Positions 17,239 through 27,337 are shown, counted from the first letter of the stretch. The stretch: 32,582 nt of DNA from a bacterium (GCA_046331705.1 JAXLQJ010000014.1:124001-156582); one strand, 5' to 3'. Made by a program: numbers and translations. Notes: a model not told the origin generated them from the sequence alone.

Positions 17239-17502
17239 GTGAGCACGCCGTTCCTACGGCAGTGTGTCGCGTGTCGTGCCCGGCAAGACCGGCGGCGACT
17301 TCTCCGGTTGGTTGTGAAAGACGGGGCCTTCGAGGTAGACCGCGCCCAGCGATTACCCGGACGTGGCTGGTACGTGTGCCCGACGGAGCCCTGCGTGGAT
17401 CGAGCATTGAGAGGACGTGCGAAGTGGACGCGGGGCGGACCCAGGATCGGTGACGAGGACGCACCTCGGATCAAGCGCAGGCTGCTGGAAGCGATCGCTT
17501 GA
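17239..17502 (+). CDS. ylxR: YlxR/DUF448 (RnpM-like) protein
   Basis: RQCVACR, LLRLV and PGRGWYVCP...C motifs; GGAGG RBS; located between nusA and infB. Confidence 0.88.
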   Translation: MSTPFLRQCVACRARQDRRRLLRLVVKDGAFEVDRAQRLPGRGWYVCPTEPCVDRALRGRAKWTRGGPRIGDEDAPRIKRRLLEAIA

Positions 17503-17536
17503 GGCCGCGGGGATCGGAAGCACGGGATTGACGACG

Positions 17537-20215
17537 ATGCGAATTGCGGAGTTTTCGCGCACCTACGGCGTCGAGGTTGAAGACCTCCTCGACAAATGCG
17601 ACGAGCTGGGTATCGACGCCACCACGGCGCAAAGCAGTCTCGGCGACCGTGACCTCGAGCTACTCCGAGCCGTCTACAAGAAGAAGGCCCCCGCGCCCGA
17701 GCCCAAGCGCGCCGAGCCCACCGAGCGCGAGAAGAAAGACGGAAAGAAGGTCATCCGTCGCAAGGCGACGAAGGTCGAAGCCGGGCCCGCCGAGGCCGCG
17801 GTGGAGGCGCTCCCGGCTCCCGAGCCGCGCGAGGTCGTGACCGAGGTCGCTCCGCCGCCACCTCCTCCCGAGCCCGAGCCCGTACCGACCCCGGAAGTCA
17901 CGGCGCCGATCGCCGCGCAAGCGCCCGAGCCCGTCGTTGCCGAGCCGGCCGCCGTGCCGCCCGCGCCGGTCGTCGAGGCCCGCGCGCCGCAAGCTCCGGA
18001 AGCGGTGCCGACGCCGCCGCCCGCGCCAGCGCCCGCGGCCCAGCCCGCTGCTCCGCCACCGGCTCCAGCCGCCGCTGCCGCGGCGCCTGCTCCCGCCGCG
18101 CCCGCAGCCGCCGGGGCCGGCGCCGGCGTGCGCATCCTGCGGCGCGTGGATTTCCAGGCCGTGCAGCAACGGCACGCGGATCTCGAGGCGCAGCGCCAGG
18201 CGGCACGTGCCGCGCAAGAGGCGGCGCAGCGGGAAGCCGCACGGCCCCGACCGGGCTTCACGCCGGCGCCGGCTGGCCAACCCGGCGAAGCGCCATCGGA
18301 TGGCGCGCCCGGGCGCCGCAAGGTCGACTTCCGCAAGCGTCGCCTCGAGAAGCGCTCGGAGATCGATGCCCGTCGCGAGCAGATGCTGCGGTTCGCGCCC
18401 CGCAAGAAGAAGGGCGGCAAGAAGGCCGGGCAAGCCACGCAGATCACCACGCCCAAGGCCAGCAAGCTGGTCGTGCGAATGGGCGAGAGCATCACCGTCG
18501 CGGATCTCGCCAAGCGGATCGCCGTGAAGGCGAGCGATCTGATTCGCAAGCTCATGGAAATGGGCCAGATGGTGACGGTGAACGAATCCCTCGATCCCGA
18601 CACCGCGGCGATCGTCGCCGCCGAGTTCGGATACGAGGTCGAGAAGGTCTCGCTGCAGCTCGAGGACCTGGTCGATCGCGTCGACGACACCGCCGAGGAC
18701 ATGCTCCCGCGTCCGCCCGTGGTCACCGTCATGGGTCACGTCGACCACGGCAAGACCTCACTCCTCGACACCATCCGGTCGGCCAACGTCGCCCGTGGCG
18801 AGGCTGGCGGGATCACCCAGCACATCGGCGCCTATCAGGTCGTTGCGCGCGACCGGCCGATCACGTTCCTGGACACCCCGGGTCACGAGGCGTTCACGGC
18901 GATGCGCGCTCGTGGCGCCAACGTCACCGACATCGTGATCCTCGTCGTGGCCGCCAACGACGGCGTCATGCCGCAGACGCTGGAAGCGCTCGCTCACGCC
19001 AAGGCCGCCGAGGTTCCGATCGTGGTGGCCGTGAACAAGATGGACCTCCCGGATGCGAATCCGGACAAGGTTCTGCAGCAGCTCTCGGCCAACGGGATCG
19101 TTCCCGAGGATTGGGGCGGCGACACGCCCTGCGTGCGGGTCAGCGCCAAGACCGGACAGGGCGTCGACGACCTGCTCGAGATCGTGCTGCTCACCGCCGA
19201 CGTGCTCGAGCTCACCGCCAACCCCGCGAAACCCGCGCGCGGCGTGGTGGTGGAGGCCAAGCTCACCCGCGGCCGCGGTCCGGTCGCGACGGTGCTGGTG
19301 AACGAAGGCACGCTCAAGGTGGGCGACTCGTTCATCACCGGCAAGCAATACGGCAAGGTCCGCGCCCTGATGAACGAGCGCGGCGCGCTGGTCCGCGAGG
19401 CCACTCCCGCGATGCCGGTCGAGGTGCTCGGCCTCTCGGGCGTGCCGCAGGCCGGTGATTCGTTCTTGGTCGTCAAGGACGACGCCAAGATGAAGCAGTT
19501 CATCGACGAGCTGGTGCGCAAGCAGCGCGAGTCCGCCGTGCAGGCGCCGCAGAAGATGAGCCTCGAGCAGTTCTACGAGAAGATGGCCGCCGGCGAGGCC
19601 AAGGAGCTGCGCGTCGTCCTCAAGGCCGACACGCAAGGCTCGATCGAGGCCGTCACGAGCGCCCTCACCAAGCTCACGACCGCGAAGGTCGAGGTCAAGG
19701 TGCTGCACGGCGGCGTCGGGGCGATCGCCGAGTCCGACGTCATGCTGGCGAGCGCATCGAACGCGATCATCGTGGGCTTCCACGTACGCCCCGAGGTGAA
19801 CGCACGCATCCTCGCCGAGAAGGAAGGCGTCGACGTCCGCTGCTATTCGATCATCTACGAGCTGCTCGACGAGATGCAGAAGGCCATGACGGGTCTGCTC
19901 GAGCCCGAGTTCCGCGAGCAGGTCGTTGGCCGTGCCGAGATCCGCGAGATCTTCAGCATCCCGAAGGTCGGCGTCGTCGGCGGCTGCCTGGTCACCCACG
20001 GCACCGTGTCTCGCCCGGCGCGCGCGCGCCTGCTGCGCGACAGCGTCGTCGTCCACGACGGCAAGCTCGGCAGCCTGCGGCGCTTCAAGGACGACGTGCG
20101 CGAGGTGAAGGAAGGCCTCGAGTGCGGTCTCTCGTTCGACGGGTTCTCGGACATCAAGCAAGGCGACGTGGTCGAGTCGTACATCCTCGAGGAAGTCCGA
20201 CCCAGCTTGGGATGA
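17537..20215 (+). CDS. infB: Translation initiation factor IF-2
   Basis: [50 protein letters not shown] and [12 protein letters not shown]. Confidence 0.98.
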   Translation: MRIAEFSRTYGVEVEDLLDKCDELGIDATTAQSSLGDRDLELLRAVYKKKAPAPEPKRAEPTEREKKDGKKVIRRKATKVEAGPAEAAVEALPAPEPREVVTEVAPPPPPPEPEPVPTPEVTAPIAAQAPEPVVAEPAAVPPAPVVEARAPQAPEAVPTPPPAPAPAAQPAAPPPAPAAAAAAPAPAAPAAAGAGAGVRILRRVDFQAVQQRHADLEAQRQAARAAQEAAQREAARPRPGFTPAPAGQPGEAPSDGAPGRRKVDFRKRRLEKRSEIDARREQMLRFAPRKKKGGKKAGQATQITTPKASKLVVRMGESITVADLAKRIAVKASDLIRKLMEMGQMVTVNESLDPDTAAIVAAEFGYEVEKVSLQLEDLVDRVDDTAEDMLPRPPVVTVMGHVDHGKTSLLDTIRSANVARGEAGGITQHIGAYQVVARDRPITFLDTPGHEAFTAMRARGANVTDIVILVVAANDGVMPQTLEALAHAKAAEVPIVVAVNKMDLPDANPDKVLQQLSANGIVPEDWGGDTPCVRVSAKTGQGVDDLLEIVLLTADVLELTANPAKPARGVVVEAKLTRGRGPVATVLVNEGTLKVGDSFITGKQYGKVRALMNERGALVREATPAMPVEVLGLSGVPQAGDSFLVVKDDAKMKQFIDELVRKQRESAVQAPQKMSLEQFYEKMAAGEAKELRVVLKADTQGSIEAVTSALTKLTTAKVEVKVLHGGVGAIAESDVMLASASNAIIVGFHVRPEVNARILAEKEGVDVRCYSIIYELLDEMQKAMTGLLEPEFREQVVGRAEIREIFSIPKVGVVGGCLVTHGTVSRPARARLLRDSVVVHDGKLGSLRRFKDDVREVKEGLECGLSFDGFSDIKQGDVVESYILEEVRPSLG

Positions 20216-20372
20216 TCCATCGCTTGCGGCGCCTGGGCGACGCGAGCGGATCGGACCGCGCGCGAGAACGAGACGAGGGCATGGCCCCGCGGCCGTCGCG
20301 CTGATCGCCCCTCCCACGAGACCCCGCTCCGCGGCAGCCGAAGTCCACATGCCCGATCTCGACGAAGCCGGA

Positions 20373-20660
20373 ATGGTGGTCGGGGTCGGCTGGGTCGACC
20401 TGCTCATCCCCGAGTCTCACTCGCTCAAGGACAAGCGCAAGGTGGTGCGAAGCGTCGTGGATCGGCTGCGTGCGCGCTTCAACGCCGCAGTCGCCGAGGT
20501 GGGCGACCAGGAGCTCTGGGGACGCGCCCGCATCGGTTTCTCGGTGGTTTCGAACGACAGCCGCCTGGTGAACTCGGTGCTCGACCAGATCCGCGACGCC
20601 ATCGACAACATGGCCATCGCGATCGTCGCCAACTCCGAGATCGAGATCCTGCACCTGTGA
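20373..20660 (+). CDS. DUF503 (YlxP) family protein
   Basis: MVVG...SHSLKDKRKVVRS...RFNAAVAEVGDQELW. Alternative start at 20349. Confidence 0.9.
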   Translation: MVVGVGWVDLLIPESHSLKDKRKVVRSVVDRLRARFNAAVAEVGDQELWGRARIGFSVVSNDSRLVNSVLDQIRDAIDNMAIAIVANSEIEILHL

Positions 20661-21040
20661 CCAGCCGCCGCCAGGACCGCGTCGCCAACCTCATCCATCA
20701 GGAGGTCGCGGGCATGCTCGCCCGCGGAGAAGCGAAGGACCCCGCGCTCGAGGGCGCCACCGTGACGGGTGCCAAGGTCTCACCCGACCTACGCCTGGCG
20801 ACCGTGTACTTCAGCGCGCTCGGCGACGCCGAGGCGCAAGACCGGGTCGCGAAGGCGCTGGCGCGCTCGACGCCATTCTTCCGTCGCGAGGTCGCGCGCC
20901 GGCTCACGCTCAAGTTCGCGCCCGAGGTGGTGTTCCGCCGCGACTCGTCCCTCGCCTACGGGCAAGAGGTGGAGGCGCTGATCGAGCGCATCCACGCCGA
21001 GGCACGCGACAGCGAGCCCGGCGACTCCTCCGAGAAGTGA
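20657..21040 (+). CDS. rbfA: 30S ribosome-binding factor A
   Basis: RQDRVANLI, KDP, VSPDLRLATVYFS and LKFAPEVVFRRDSSL. Confidence 0.95.
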   Translation: MTSRRQDRVANLIHQEVAGMLARGEAKDPALEGATVTGAKVSPDLRLATVYFSALGDAEAQDRVAKALARSTPFFRREVARRLTLKFAPEVVFRRDSSLAYGQEVEALIERIHAEARDSEPGDSSEK

Positions 21041-21984
21041 GCGCCACCGACGCGCCACACGCGCTCCCGGACGGCGTCCTGGTCGTCGACAAGCCGTCGG
21101 GCGCGAGCTCGTTCGACGTCATTCGCCGCCTCAAGCCCGTCCTCCGTCGCCGCAAGACGGGGTTCCTCGGCACGCTCGACCCGTTCGCCACCGGCGTCTT
21201 GCCGCTCTGCCTGGGCGAGGCCACCAAGCTCGCCGACGCGCTTGCCGGCGCCGAGAAGGAGTACCTGGCCGAGCTTCGGCTGGGGGTCGGCACCGACACC
21301 GGCGACCGGACCGGGCGAGCCGTACGCACCGCCGCGGTCCCGGCGCTCGCGCACGCGGCGCTCGTCGAGGCGTGCGCGTTCTTTCGAGGCGAGCACGAGC
21401 AGACACCGCCGATGCACTCGGCGGTGCACGTGAACGGCGAGCGCCTCTACGAGAAGGCGCGCCGTGGTGAGGTCGTCGACCGGCCCGCGCGGCGCATCCT
21501 GATCCACGACCTGGCGCTCCACCAGCTCGCGCCGGATCGGCTCGAGCTCCGCGTCGTGTGCTCGACGGGCACCTACGTGCGCGTGCTCGGCGAGGACATC
21601 GCGCACCGTCTCGGCACCGAGGGGCATCTCGCCGCGCTGCGGCGCACACGCTCGGGCGGTTTCGCGCTCGAGCGGGCGGCGACGATCGACGAGATCCTGG
21701 CGGACCCGGCGGGTGCGTTCGGCAAGGCCGGCACACCGCTCGACAGGCTGCGCCTTCCCGGTTTCGTCGAGGTGACGATCGACGACGCGGGCGCAGCCGC
21801 CGTCGGCCATGGCGCGGCCGTGCGACGCGAGCAGGTTCGCCAGGCGAGCGCTCCCCTTCCCCCGGGTGCACGCGTGGCGATCCGCCATGACGATCGCCTG
21901 CTGGCGCTCGGGGTCGTGGGAGACGACGACCAAGCGGCGATTCGCCCGACGCGCGTGCTCGTCCGGCGCGAGCACGCGGATTGA
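21037..21984 (+). CDS. truB: tRNA pseudouridine(55) synthase TruB
   Basis: VVDKPSG, GFLGTLDPFATGVL, TDTGD, QTPPMHSAVHVNGERLY, CSTGTYVR and LRRTRSG. Confidence 0.96.
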   Translation: MSATDAPHALPDGVLVVDKPSGASSFDVIRRLKPVLRRRKTGFLGTLDPFATGVLPLCLGEATKLADALAGAEKEYLAELRLGVGTDTGDRTGRAVRTAAVPALAHAALVEACAFFRGEHEQTPPMHSAVHVNGERLYEKARRGEVVDRPARRILIHDLALHQLAPDRLELRVVCSTGTYVRVLGEDIAHRLGTEGHLAALRRTRSGGFALERAATIDEILADPAGAFGKAGTPLDRLRLPGFVEVTIDDAGAAAVGHGAAVRREQVRQASAPLPPGARVAIRHDDRLLALGVVGDDDQAAIRPTRVLVRREHAD

Positions 21985-22040
21985 GTCGCGGATCGGCGCC
22001 GGCGCCGCACGAACGCTGAGCGCACGGTCCGGGGCGCGGT

Positions 22041-22061
22041 CTCCCGCGCTGGCCGCGGGAG
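22041..22061 (+). terminator. Possible hairpin terminator after truB (no U tract)
   Basis: CTCCCGCG-ctggc-CGCGGGAG forms a perfect 8-bp stem. Confidence 0.3.
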
Positions 22062-22073
22062 CGTCGTGTGCGC

Positions 22074-22116
22074 TTGACATCACGAGATGAATACGATTCA
22101 CTGAACTTAATTCATC
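22074..22116 (+). promoter_or_regulatory. Promoter (-35 TTGACA) with tandem TGAA-N5-TTCA palindromes, likely a TetR operator
   Basis: TGAATACGATTCA (22088-22100) and TGAACTTAATTCA (22102-22114) lie in an AT-rich patch just upstream of the tetR ATG. Confidence 0.65.
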
Positions 22117-22125
22117 CATTGTGAC

Positions 22126-22815
22126 ATGCGCGGCGACGAATCCCCATCCCGAAGCGCACGGAAGGCGCACACCCGAGAGCGGCTCAAGGCCGCGGCACGC
22201 GCGTGCTTCGCTGGCCGTGGGTACGCCGAGACGCAGATCTCCGACATCGCGAGGACCGCCGGCGTCGCGGCGGGCACGCTCTACGTCCATTTCCCGAGCA
22301 AGGAAGCGCTCCTGGACGAGCTATTGGACGAGCTCGATCGCGAGCTCGTGGCGAGCCTCGAAGGCGCCTGGCGCGTCGATCCCGCGCGCGACGCGAGCAC
22401 CGCCCTCGAGTCGCGTGTTCGCGCGGTGGCGCTCGCCTGCCTCGAGGTCTGGCACACCCATCGCGAGCTGCTGCGCTCGTTCGCCGAGCGCGCCACGCTC
22501 GGCATCGACGTGCGCCGCATCCACGACGGCGTGAGCCCCGGCGCGGCGCGTTGGCTGACGGAACGATTACGGACGGCGGCCCCGTTGCTCGGCGGGTCCA
22601 TCCCGAGAGCCGAGCTCGTCGCGCAGGCGCTGCTCGGATTGTGGCTGAGGGTCGGCCTCGCCTCGCTCTTCGATCCGTCGCCGCCACGCGCCGAGCTCGC
22701 CGAGCTGCTCACGAGGCTCTCGCTCGGCGCGCTCCAAGGGGTCCTCGAATTCCCGCATCGAACCGCGTCGGGCGGCGGCGCGAAGCGCTCCCGCCCACGA
22801 CGACCGCGGAGGTGA
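22126..22815 (+). CDS. TetR/AcrR family transcriptional regulator
   Basis: AARACFAGRGYAETQISDIARTAGVAAGTLYVHFPSKEALL is a TetR HTH. Confidence 0.93.
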   Translation: MRGDESPSRSARKAHTRERLKAAARACFAGRGYAETQISDIARTAGVAAGTLYVHFPSKEALLDELLDELDRELVASLEGAWRVDPARDASTALESRVRAVALACLEVWHTHRELLRSFAERATLGIDVRRIHDGVSPGAARWLTERLRTAAPLLGGSIPRAELVAQALLGLWLRVGLASLFDPSPPRAELAELLTRLSLGALQGVLEFPHRTASGGGAKRSRPRRPRR

Positions 22816-22818
22816 AGC

Positions 22819-23670
22819 ATGGCCACGAACGCCCCCACGAACGCCGCCTCGAGCACCACCGCGCGCACGAGCGCCTCGCCGGCGCGGCTCCTCGCCGCCG
22901 CGATCGGCGGCCCCGCGCAATGGCGCGACAAGCTGGTGCGCATCGCCGGCACCCTCGCCATCCAGCTCGACCGTCGCGAGATCCGCCGCCGTCTCGAGCG
23001 GCTGAAGGAGCGCGGCTACCTCGACACGATTCCCACGGGCGGGCAGCTGCTCGCGGGCGGCCTCGACATGCTCGCGTTCTTCATCGTCCCCGGCGCCGAG
23101 GACTACTACCAGACGCGCGGCATCGACTTCCGCTTCCACCAGGTGCTGCGCTTTCTCGACGACCCGGTCTCGGTGATGGATCCGGTGGGGCTCTTCTCGC
23201 GGCGCGACACCATCATCGGCCACCTCATGCAGGTGACCCACGCCAACCCGGTCTACGACCTGCAAGTCCTCGACATGTTCGACGACGGCCTCGACCGGCT
23301 GGAGGCGGAGCTCGCGCAGATGATCGCCGGTACCCATCCGCGCGCCGGCACCATCGGCGCCGTCGTCGAGGACGCGACCTACCACGCGCGTCTGCTCGAC
23401 TACGTCCGCACCTATCGCCGGAACCCCGCCGCGCCGCACCTGCTGCGAGAACAAGGCAGCGCGCGCTCGAGCCCGGAGTTCCGGCTCGCCGAGCACACCT
23501 TCGGCACGCTGCCCGCGTTCATGCGCTACGCGAATCGCCTTCCGCGCTCGCCCCGCGCGCTCTGGAGGCACGTCCGCCGGAGCACGATCGACCCCGCCTA
23601 TTGCGACGCCGAGCCCGCGGCCGCCTATCGCGCCGGGACGCTCGAGAGCCCCTACGCCCGCGCGGCTTGA
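22819..23670 (+). CDS. Hypothetical protein (283 aa)
   Basis: Strong GGAGGT RBS, typical GC3-rich codon usage, starts 3 nt after the tetR stop. No family recognised. Confidence 0.75.
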   Translation: MATNAPTNAASSTTARTSASPARLLAAAIGGPAQWRDKLVRIAGTLAIQLDRREIRRRLERLKERGYLDTIPTGGQLLAGGLDMLAFFIVPGAEDYYQTRGIDFRFHQVLRFLDDPVSVMDPVGLFSRRDTIIGHLMQVTHANPVYDLQVLDMFDDGLDRLEAELAQMIAGTHPRAGTIGAVVEDATYHARLLDYVRTYRRNPAAPHLLREQGSARSSPEFRLAEHTFGTLPAFMRYANRLPRSPRALWRHVRRSTIDPAYCDAEPAAAYRAGTLESPYARAA

Positions 23671-23718
23671 CCGCTCGCGGCCAGCGTCGATACTGACGAG
23701 CCTACCCGCGAGGCAACC

Positions 23719-24141
23719 ATGGTCGAGATCGAGATCCGCTACGAAGGTGATCTGCACACGACGGCCGTGCACGGTCCGTCGGGGACCGAGCTCGTCACCG
23801 ACGCCCCCAAGGACAACCAGGGGCGCGGCGAGAGCTTCTCGCCCACGGACCTGGTGGCCACGGCGCTCGGCACCTGCATCGCGACGACCATGGACATCGT
23901 GGCGCGGCGGCATGGATTCTCCGTCGCCGGCACGAGGGTGCGCGTCGGCAAGCACATGGTCAGCGAGCCGCGGCGACGCATCGGCAAGCTGGACGTCGAC
24001 GTCGCGATGCCGAGCGCGCTCGCAACCGACCAGCGCACGCTCCTGGAGCACACCGCGCGCACCTGCCCCGTGGCCGAGAGCCTGAGCCCGGCGATCGAGC
24101 TGCCGATGACCTTCCGCTACGGAGCCGGAACCGCGACGTGA
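23719..24141 (+). CDS. OsmC/Ohr family protein
   Basis: TDAPKDNQGRGESFSPTDLVATALGTC and TCPVAESL (two-Cys OsmC pattern). Confidence 0.92.
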   Translation: MVEIEIRYEGDLHTTAVHGPSGTELVTDAPKDNQGRGESFSPTDLVATALGTCIATTMDIVARRHGFSVAGTRVRVGKHMVSEPRRRIGKLDVDVAMPSALATDQRTLLEHTARTCPVAESLSPAIELPMTFRYGAGTAT

Positions 24142-24782
24142 CCGAGCGGCGGGCGCTCCGGGTGGTCGCGCTCAGCGACACCCACGGCTATCACGACCGG
24201 ATCGCCGTCCCGGAGGGAGACGTCCTGATCCACGCCGGCGACCTCACGCGATTCGGCAAGATCGCGGAGATCGAGCCGTTCGATTCGTTCCTCGCACGCC
24301 TCCCCCACCGCCACAAGCTGGTCATCGCGGGGAATCACGACTGGTGCTTCCAGCGTGAGGGGCGCGCGGCACGCGAGCTGCTGCGGAGCGCCACCTATCT
24401 CGAGGACGAAGCCCTCGAGATCGAGGGCTGGCGGTTCTACGGCAGCCCCTGGCAGCCGGAGTTCATGAATTGGGCCTTCAACCTGCCGCGTGGCCCGATG
24501 CTGCGCGAGAAGTGGGCGCTGATCCCCACCGCGACCGACGTGCTGATCACGCATGGTCCGCCGCTCGGCGCGGGAGATCGGACGTTCGGCGGCGAGCACG
24601 TCGGCTGCGAGGAGCTGGCCGTGGCGGTGTCCCGCCTGGCCCCGCGCTTCCACGTCTTCGGCCACATTCACGAGGCCGCTGGCGTCATCCGCGGATCGAG
24701 CACCACGTTCGTGAACGCAGCGAGCTGCGACCTGTTCTACGAGCCCGTGCAGCCGCCCGTCGTCTTCGATCTCGTGCCGTGA
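24138..24782 (+). CDS. Calcineurin-like metallophosphoesterase (MPPED/239FB-like)
   Basis: SDTH, HAGD, AGNHD, THGPP and FGHIHE; GTGA overlap with the OsmC gene. Confidence 0.92.
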   Translation: MTERRALRVVALSDTHGYHDRIAVPEGDVLIHAGDLTRFGKIAEIEPFDSFLARLPHRHKLVIAGNHDWCFQREGRAARELLRSATYLEDEALEIEGWRFYGSPWQPEFMNWAFNLPRGPMLREKWALIPTATDVLITHGPPLGAGDRTFGGEHVGCEELAVAVSRLAPRFHVFGHIHEAAGVIRGSSTTFVNAASCDLFYEPVQPPVVFDLVP

Positions 24783-24821
24783 CCGCGAAGCGAGCGGTGC
24801 TCGCGGCACCGCCGCCACGCA

Positions 24822-25850
24822 TCAGGAATCGAACATCAGTCCGAGGCCCACGTAACCGGGACGGGTGCGTTCGGTGAGGATTCCCAGATTCTTCAGATTC
24901 GGCAGCACCGTGTGGTTGTAGAGGTACACCTGGCTGAGCTTCCAGCCGTCCGAACGGATGGTTCCGCGCAGCAGCCGGACCGGATCCAGGCCGTACTTGG
25001 CGCCGAGAAGCTCGGTCATCCCCTTGCCCGACGAGTTGAAGAGGCATTCGAGGATGTCGAACGTCCAATCCTCGAGCTCGTCGCGCTCCGCCGGCGTGAG
25101 GCGAGGGAGCTGTCGCTTGAGCGAGTGGAACCCGAACGCGGCGTGGCGCGCCTCGTCGATGGTGACGCGACGAACGATGTCGCGCAACAGCGGATTGCGA
25201 ACGTTCTGCTCGAGCCCCGCGAAGATGCCGAGCGCGACTCCCTCGAAGAGCACCTGCATGCCGACCGCCTTCTGCCACCACTCGGGGGCCGCCAGCAATC
25301 GGTCGAGCAAGAACTTGAGGACCGGATCCACCACGTCCACCTGGCCATGCTTGCGCTGCAGATACGCGGCGAAGACCTCGCAGTGGCGCGCCTCGTCGAC
25401 CACCTGACTCGCCGCGTAGAACTTGGCGTCCATGTCGGGGATCGCGTTCACGAGCTGCGCCGTGAGCTGCAGCGCCGCCTGCTCACCGTGCAAGAGCTGC
25501 GAGATCGTGTAGCCGACCTCGTCGATCACCGCCTGCTTGCGCGTGTCGTCATCGCGACCGACGACGCCGAGCACGTTGGCCAGGATCGAGCTCTCGGGAG
25601 CAGCGAGCCATTCCCCGTCGTCGATGGGAACGGACCAATCGACGTCGGTCTGCGCGTTCCACTGACCGTTCTTGCCCTTCTCGTAGAGCGAGCGGAGCTG
25701 GTCCTCGCCGAGCGAGTAGTCCCATTGCCAGTGCATGGTGAGCGGAACGTCGACGTCTTGCAGTCGACGTAGGCGCTCGGCCTGATCCGCGGGCAGATCG
25801 ACTCGCGGATAGTCGGCGATCTCGCGCCGGTGATCGCTCAGCAACGTCAT
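24822..25850 (-). CDS. Ferritin-like diiron protein (AurF/fatty-aldehyde decarbonylase-like superfamily)
   Basis: LHGEQAAL, VVDEARH, FEGVAL and TIDEARH give two E...DExxH pairs. GGAGGT RBS before the ATG at 25850. Confidence 0.8.
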   Translation of the reverse strand: MTLLSDHRREIADYPRVDLPADQAERLRRLQDVDVPLTMHWQWDYSLGEDQLRSLYEKGKNGQWNAQTDVDWSVPIDDGEWLAAPESSILANVLGVVGRDDDTRKQAVIDEVGYTISQLLHGEQAALQLTAQLVNAIPDMDAKFYAASQVVDEARHCEVFAAYLQRKHGQVDVVDPVLKFLLDRLLAAPEWWQKAVGMQVLFEGVALGIFAGLEQNVRNPLLRDIVRRVTIDEARHAAFGFHSLKRQLPRLTPAERDELEDWTFDILECLFNSSGKGMTELLGAKYGLDPVRLLRGTIRSDGWKLSQVYLYNHTVLPNLKNLGILTERTRPGYVGLGLMFDS

Positions 25851-25911
25851 CGACACACCTCCCGCGCCTGGAACGACGCCGCACGCGTCGCCTGTTCCGG
25901 AGCCGTCTCAC

Positions 25912-25946
25912 GCTACCGCCCGCTCGATCGACGAGTCAATCGAGCG
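25912..25946 (-). promoter_or_regulatory. Putative promoter (TTGACT-N18-TAGCGT) overlapped by a 26-bp imperfect palindrome
   Basis: CGCTCGATcGACgaGTCaATCGAGCG at 25921-25946 covers the -35. Confidence 0.45.
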
Positions 25947-25993
25947 CGGCGAGCGAACGGCGCGAGCAACGCGGCTCGTTCGCCGGCTGAGGC

Positions 25994-27289
25994 TCAGAGG
26001 CTCGAGCGGCCCATCCGGTTGCGGATCAGCACCACGCCCAAGAGCACCGTGGCCATGCCGGCGGAACCGAGCAGCAGCGCGAAGATCGGTCCGAGCTCGC
26101 CACCGAGCTTGTCGTAGAGCTTGCCGATCGCGAGCGCCTGCACCACGGCGCCCAACTGCCCCATGCCGTTGATGATCCCGGCGGCCAGCGTCGCGTTCTC
26201 GCGCGAGCCGATCTCGATCGCGCCCGCTCCGGTCATGAGCGCATCCGGCCCGTAGAGCGTGAAGCCGATGAGCGCCAGCGCGGCGCCGAAGATCCACACC
26301 GCGCTCCCACCGAGCTTCCACATCGCCAGGCACGATCCGGTGAGGCCGAGCAAGAACACGAAGCTCACGATGGTGCGGCGGGAGCGAAAGTACCGATCGG
26401 AAACCCAGCCGGCGACGATCACACCCGGGATGCCCGCCGCGTCGAACAACGTCGAGAAGTAGCCACTCGACTCGGCGCTCAGCGCGTAGTTGAGCTTCAA
26501 GAAGTACGGCACCCACGACCAGAGCGCGTAGCGGATGAACTTCACGAAGAAATAGAAGGTGCCGACCAGCAGCACGGTGACGATCGCGTCGCGCGTCCAG
26601 CCGCCCTCGTTGGCCTCGACCGACGTCGGCGGCGCATCGGAATCCGAGTCCGACGTTTCCGCCGGGTCCTCGACCGGCGGCAGGTCCACGTCCTCGGGCC
26701 GGTTGCGCTGGTTGGGAACGAAGAAGAGCAGGATCGCAGCGAGCACCGCCGCGCCGCCGAAGAAGCTCGCCCGAAACCCGAAGTGCCCGAGCAGCCACGA
26801 CGCGAGAAACGTCGCGGCGAACGCGCCGACTTGGTAGTTCGTCGCCCACCAGCCCATCCAGGTGCCGCGTTCGCGCTTGTGGAACCAATTGCCCATGGTG
26901 CCGACACCGCCGGACCAGCCGGTCGCCTGCCCCAGGCCGTTCAACACCATGGCGATACCGAAGACCGCGAAGACATCGGTGACGCCGAACGCCACGCTGG
27001 CGACGATGGACGCGATCATCCCCGCGATCAGCGTCACGCGCGGACCGAGGCGATTGCCGATGCCGCCCGCGGTGAATTGCCCGAGCGTGTACGCGACGAG
27101 GTAGGCGCTTTCCAGGAACCCGAGCGCGGTGGCGGTCAGCCCGAAGTGCTCACCCAGCGTCGCCTTGGCGACGTAGAACGGCTTTCGGCAGAAGTACATG
27201 CCGAAGTAGCAGAGGTACGTGCTCCAGAAGACCCGCCATCGCCACGAGACGAGGCGCGGATCGAGAGTGACCTTGCCCGATCGAGTCAT
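25994..27289 (-). CDS. MFS organophosphate:phosphate antiporter family (GlpT/UhpC/SLC37-like) transporter
   Basis: YFGMYFCRKPF, NGLGQATGW, NWFHKRERGTWMGWW, AGWVSDR and AGIINGMGQLG; about 12 TM segments. Confidence 0.88.
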   Translation of the reverse strand: MTRSGKVTLDPRLVSWRWRVFWSTYLCYFGMYFCRKPFYVAKATLGEHFGLTATALGFLESAYLVAYTLGQFTAGGIGNRLGPRVTLIAGMIASIVASVAFGVTDVFAVFGIAMVLNGLGQATGWSGGVGTMGNWFHKRERGTWMGWWATNYQVGAFAATFLASWLLGHFGFRASFFGGAAVLAAILLFFVPNQRNRPEDVDLPPVEDPAETSDSDSDAPPTSVEANEGGWTRDAIVTVLLVGTFYFFVKFIRYALWSWVPYFLKLNYALSAESSGYFSTLFDAAGIPGVIVAGWVSDRYFRSRRTIVSFVFLLGLTGSCLAMWKLGGSAVWIFGAALALIGFTLYGPDALMTGAGAIEIGSRENATLAAGIINGMGQLGAVVQALAIGKLYDKLGGELGPIFALLLGSAGMATVLLGVVLIRNRMGRSSL

Positions 27290-27337
27290 GAGTGCGGCGA
27301 TCGTCTCACCCGTCGGCACGCGCAGCAAGCGCCCGCC

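Noticed and set aside
17214-17453. 79-aa ORF overlapping the nusA stop
   Set aside because: The alternative frame from 17239 has the RBS and the YlxR motifs.
17780-18130. Pro/Ala-rich repetitive stretch in infB
   Set aside because: Ordinary low-complexity IF-2 N-terminal linker, not a DNA repeat element.
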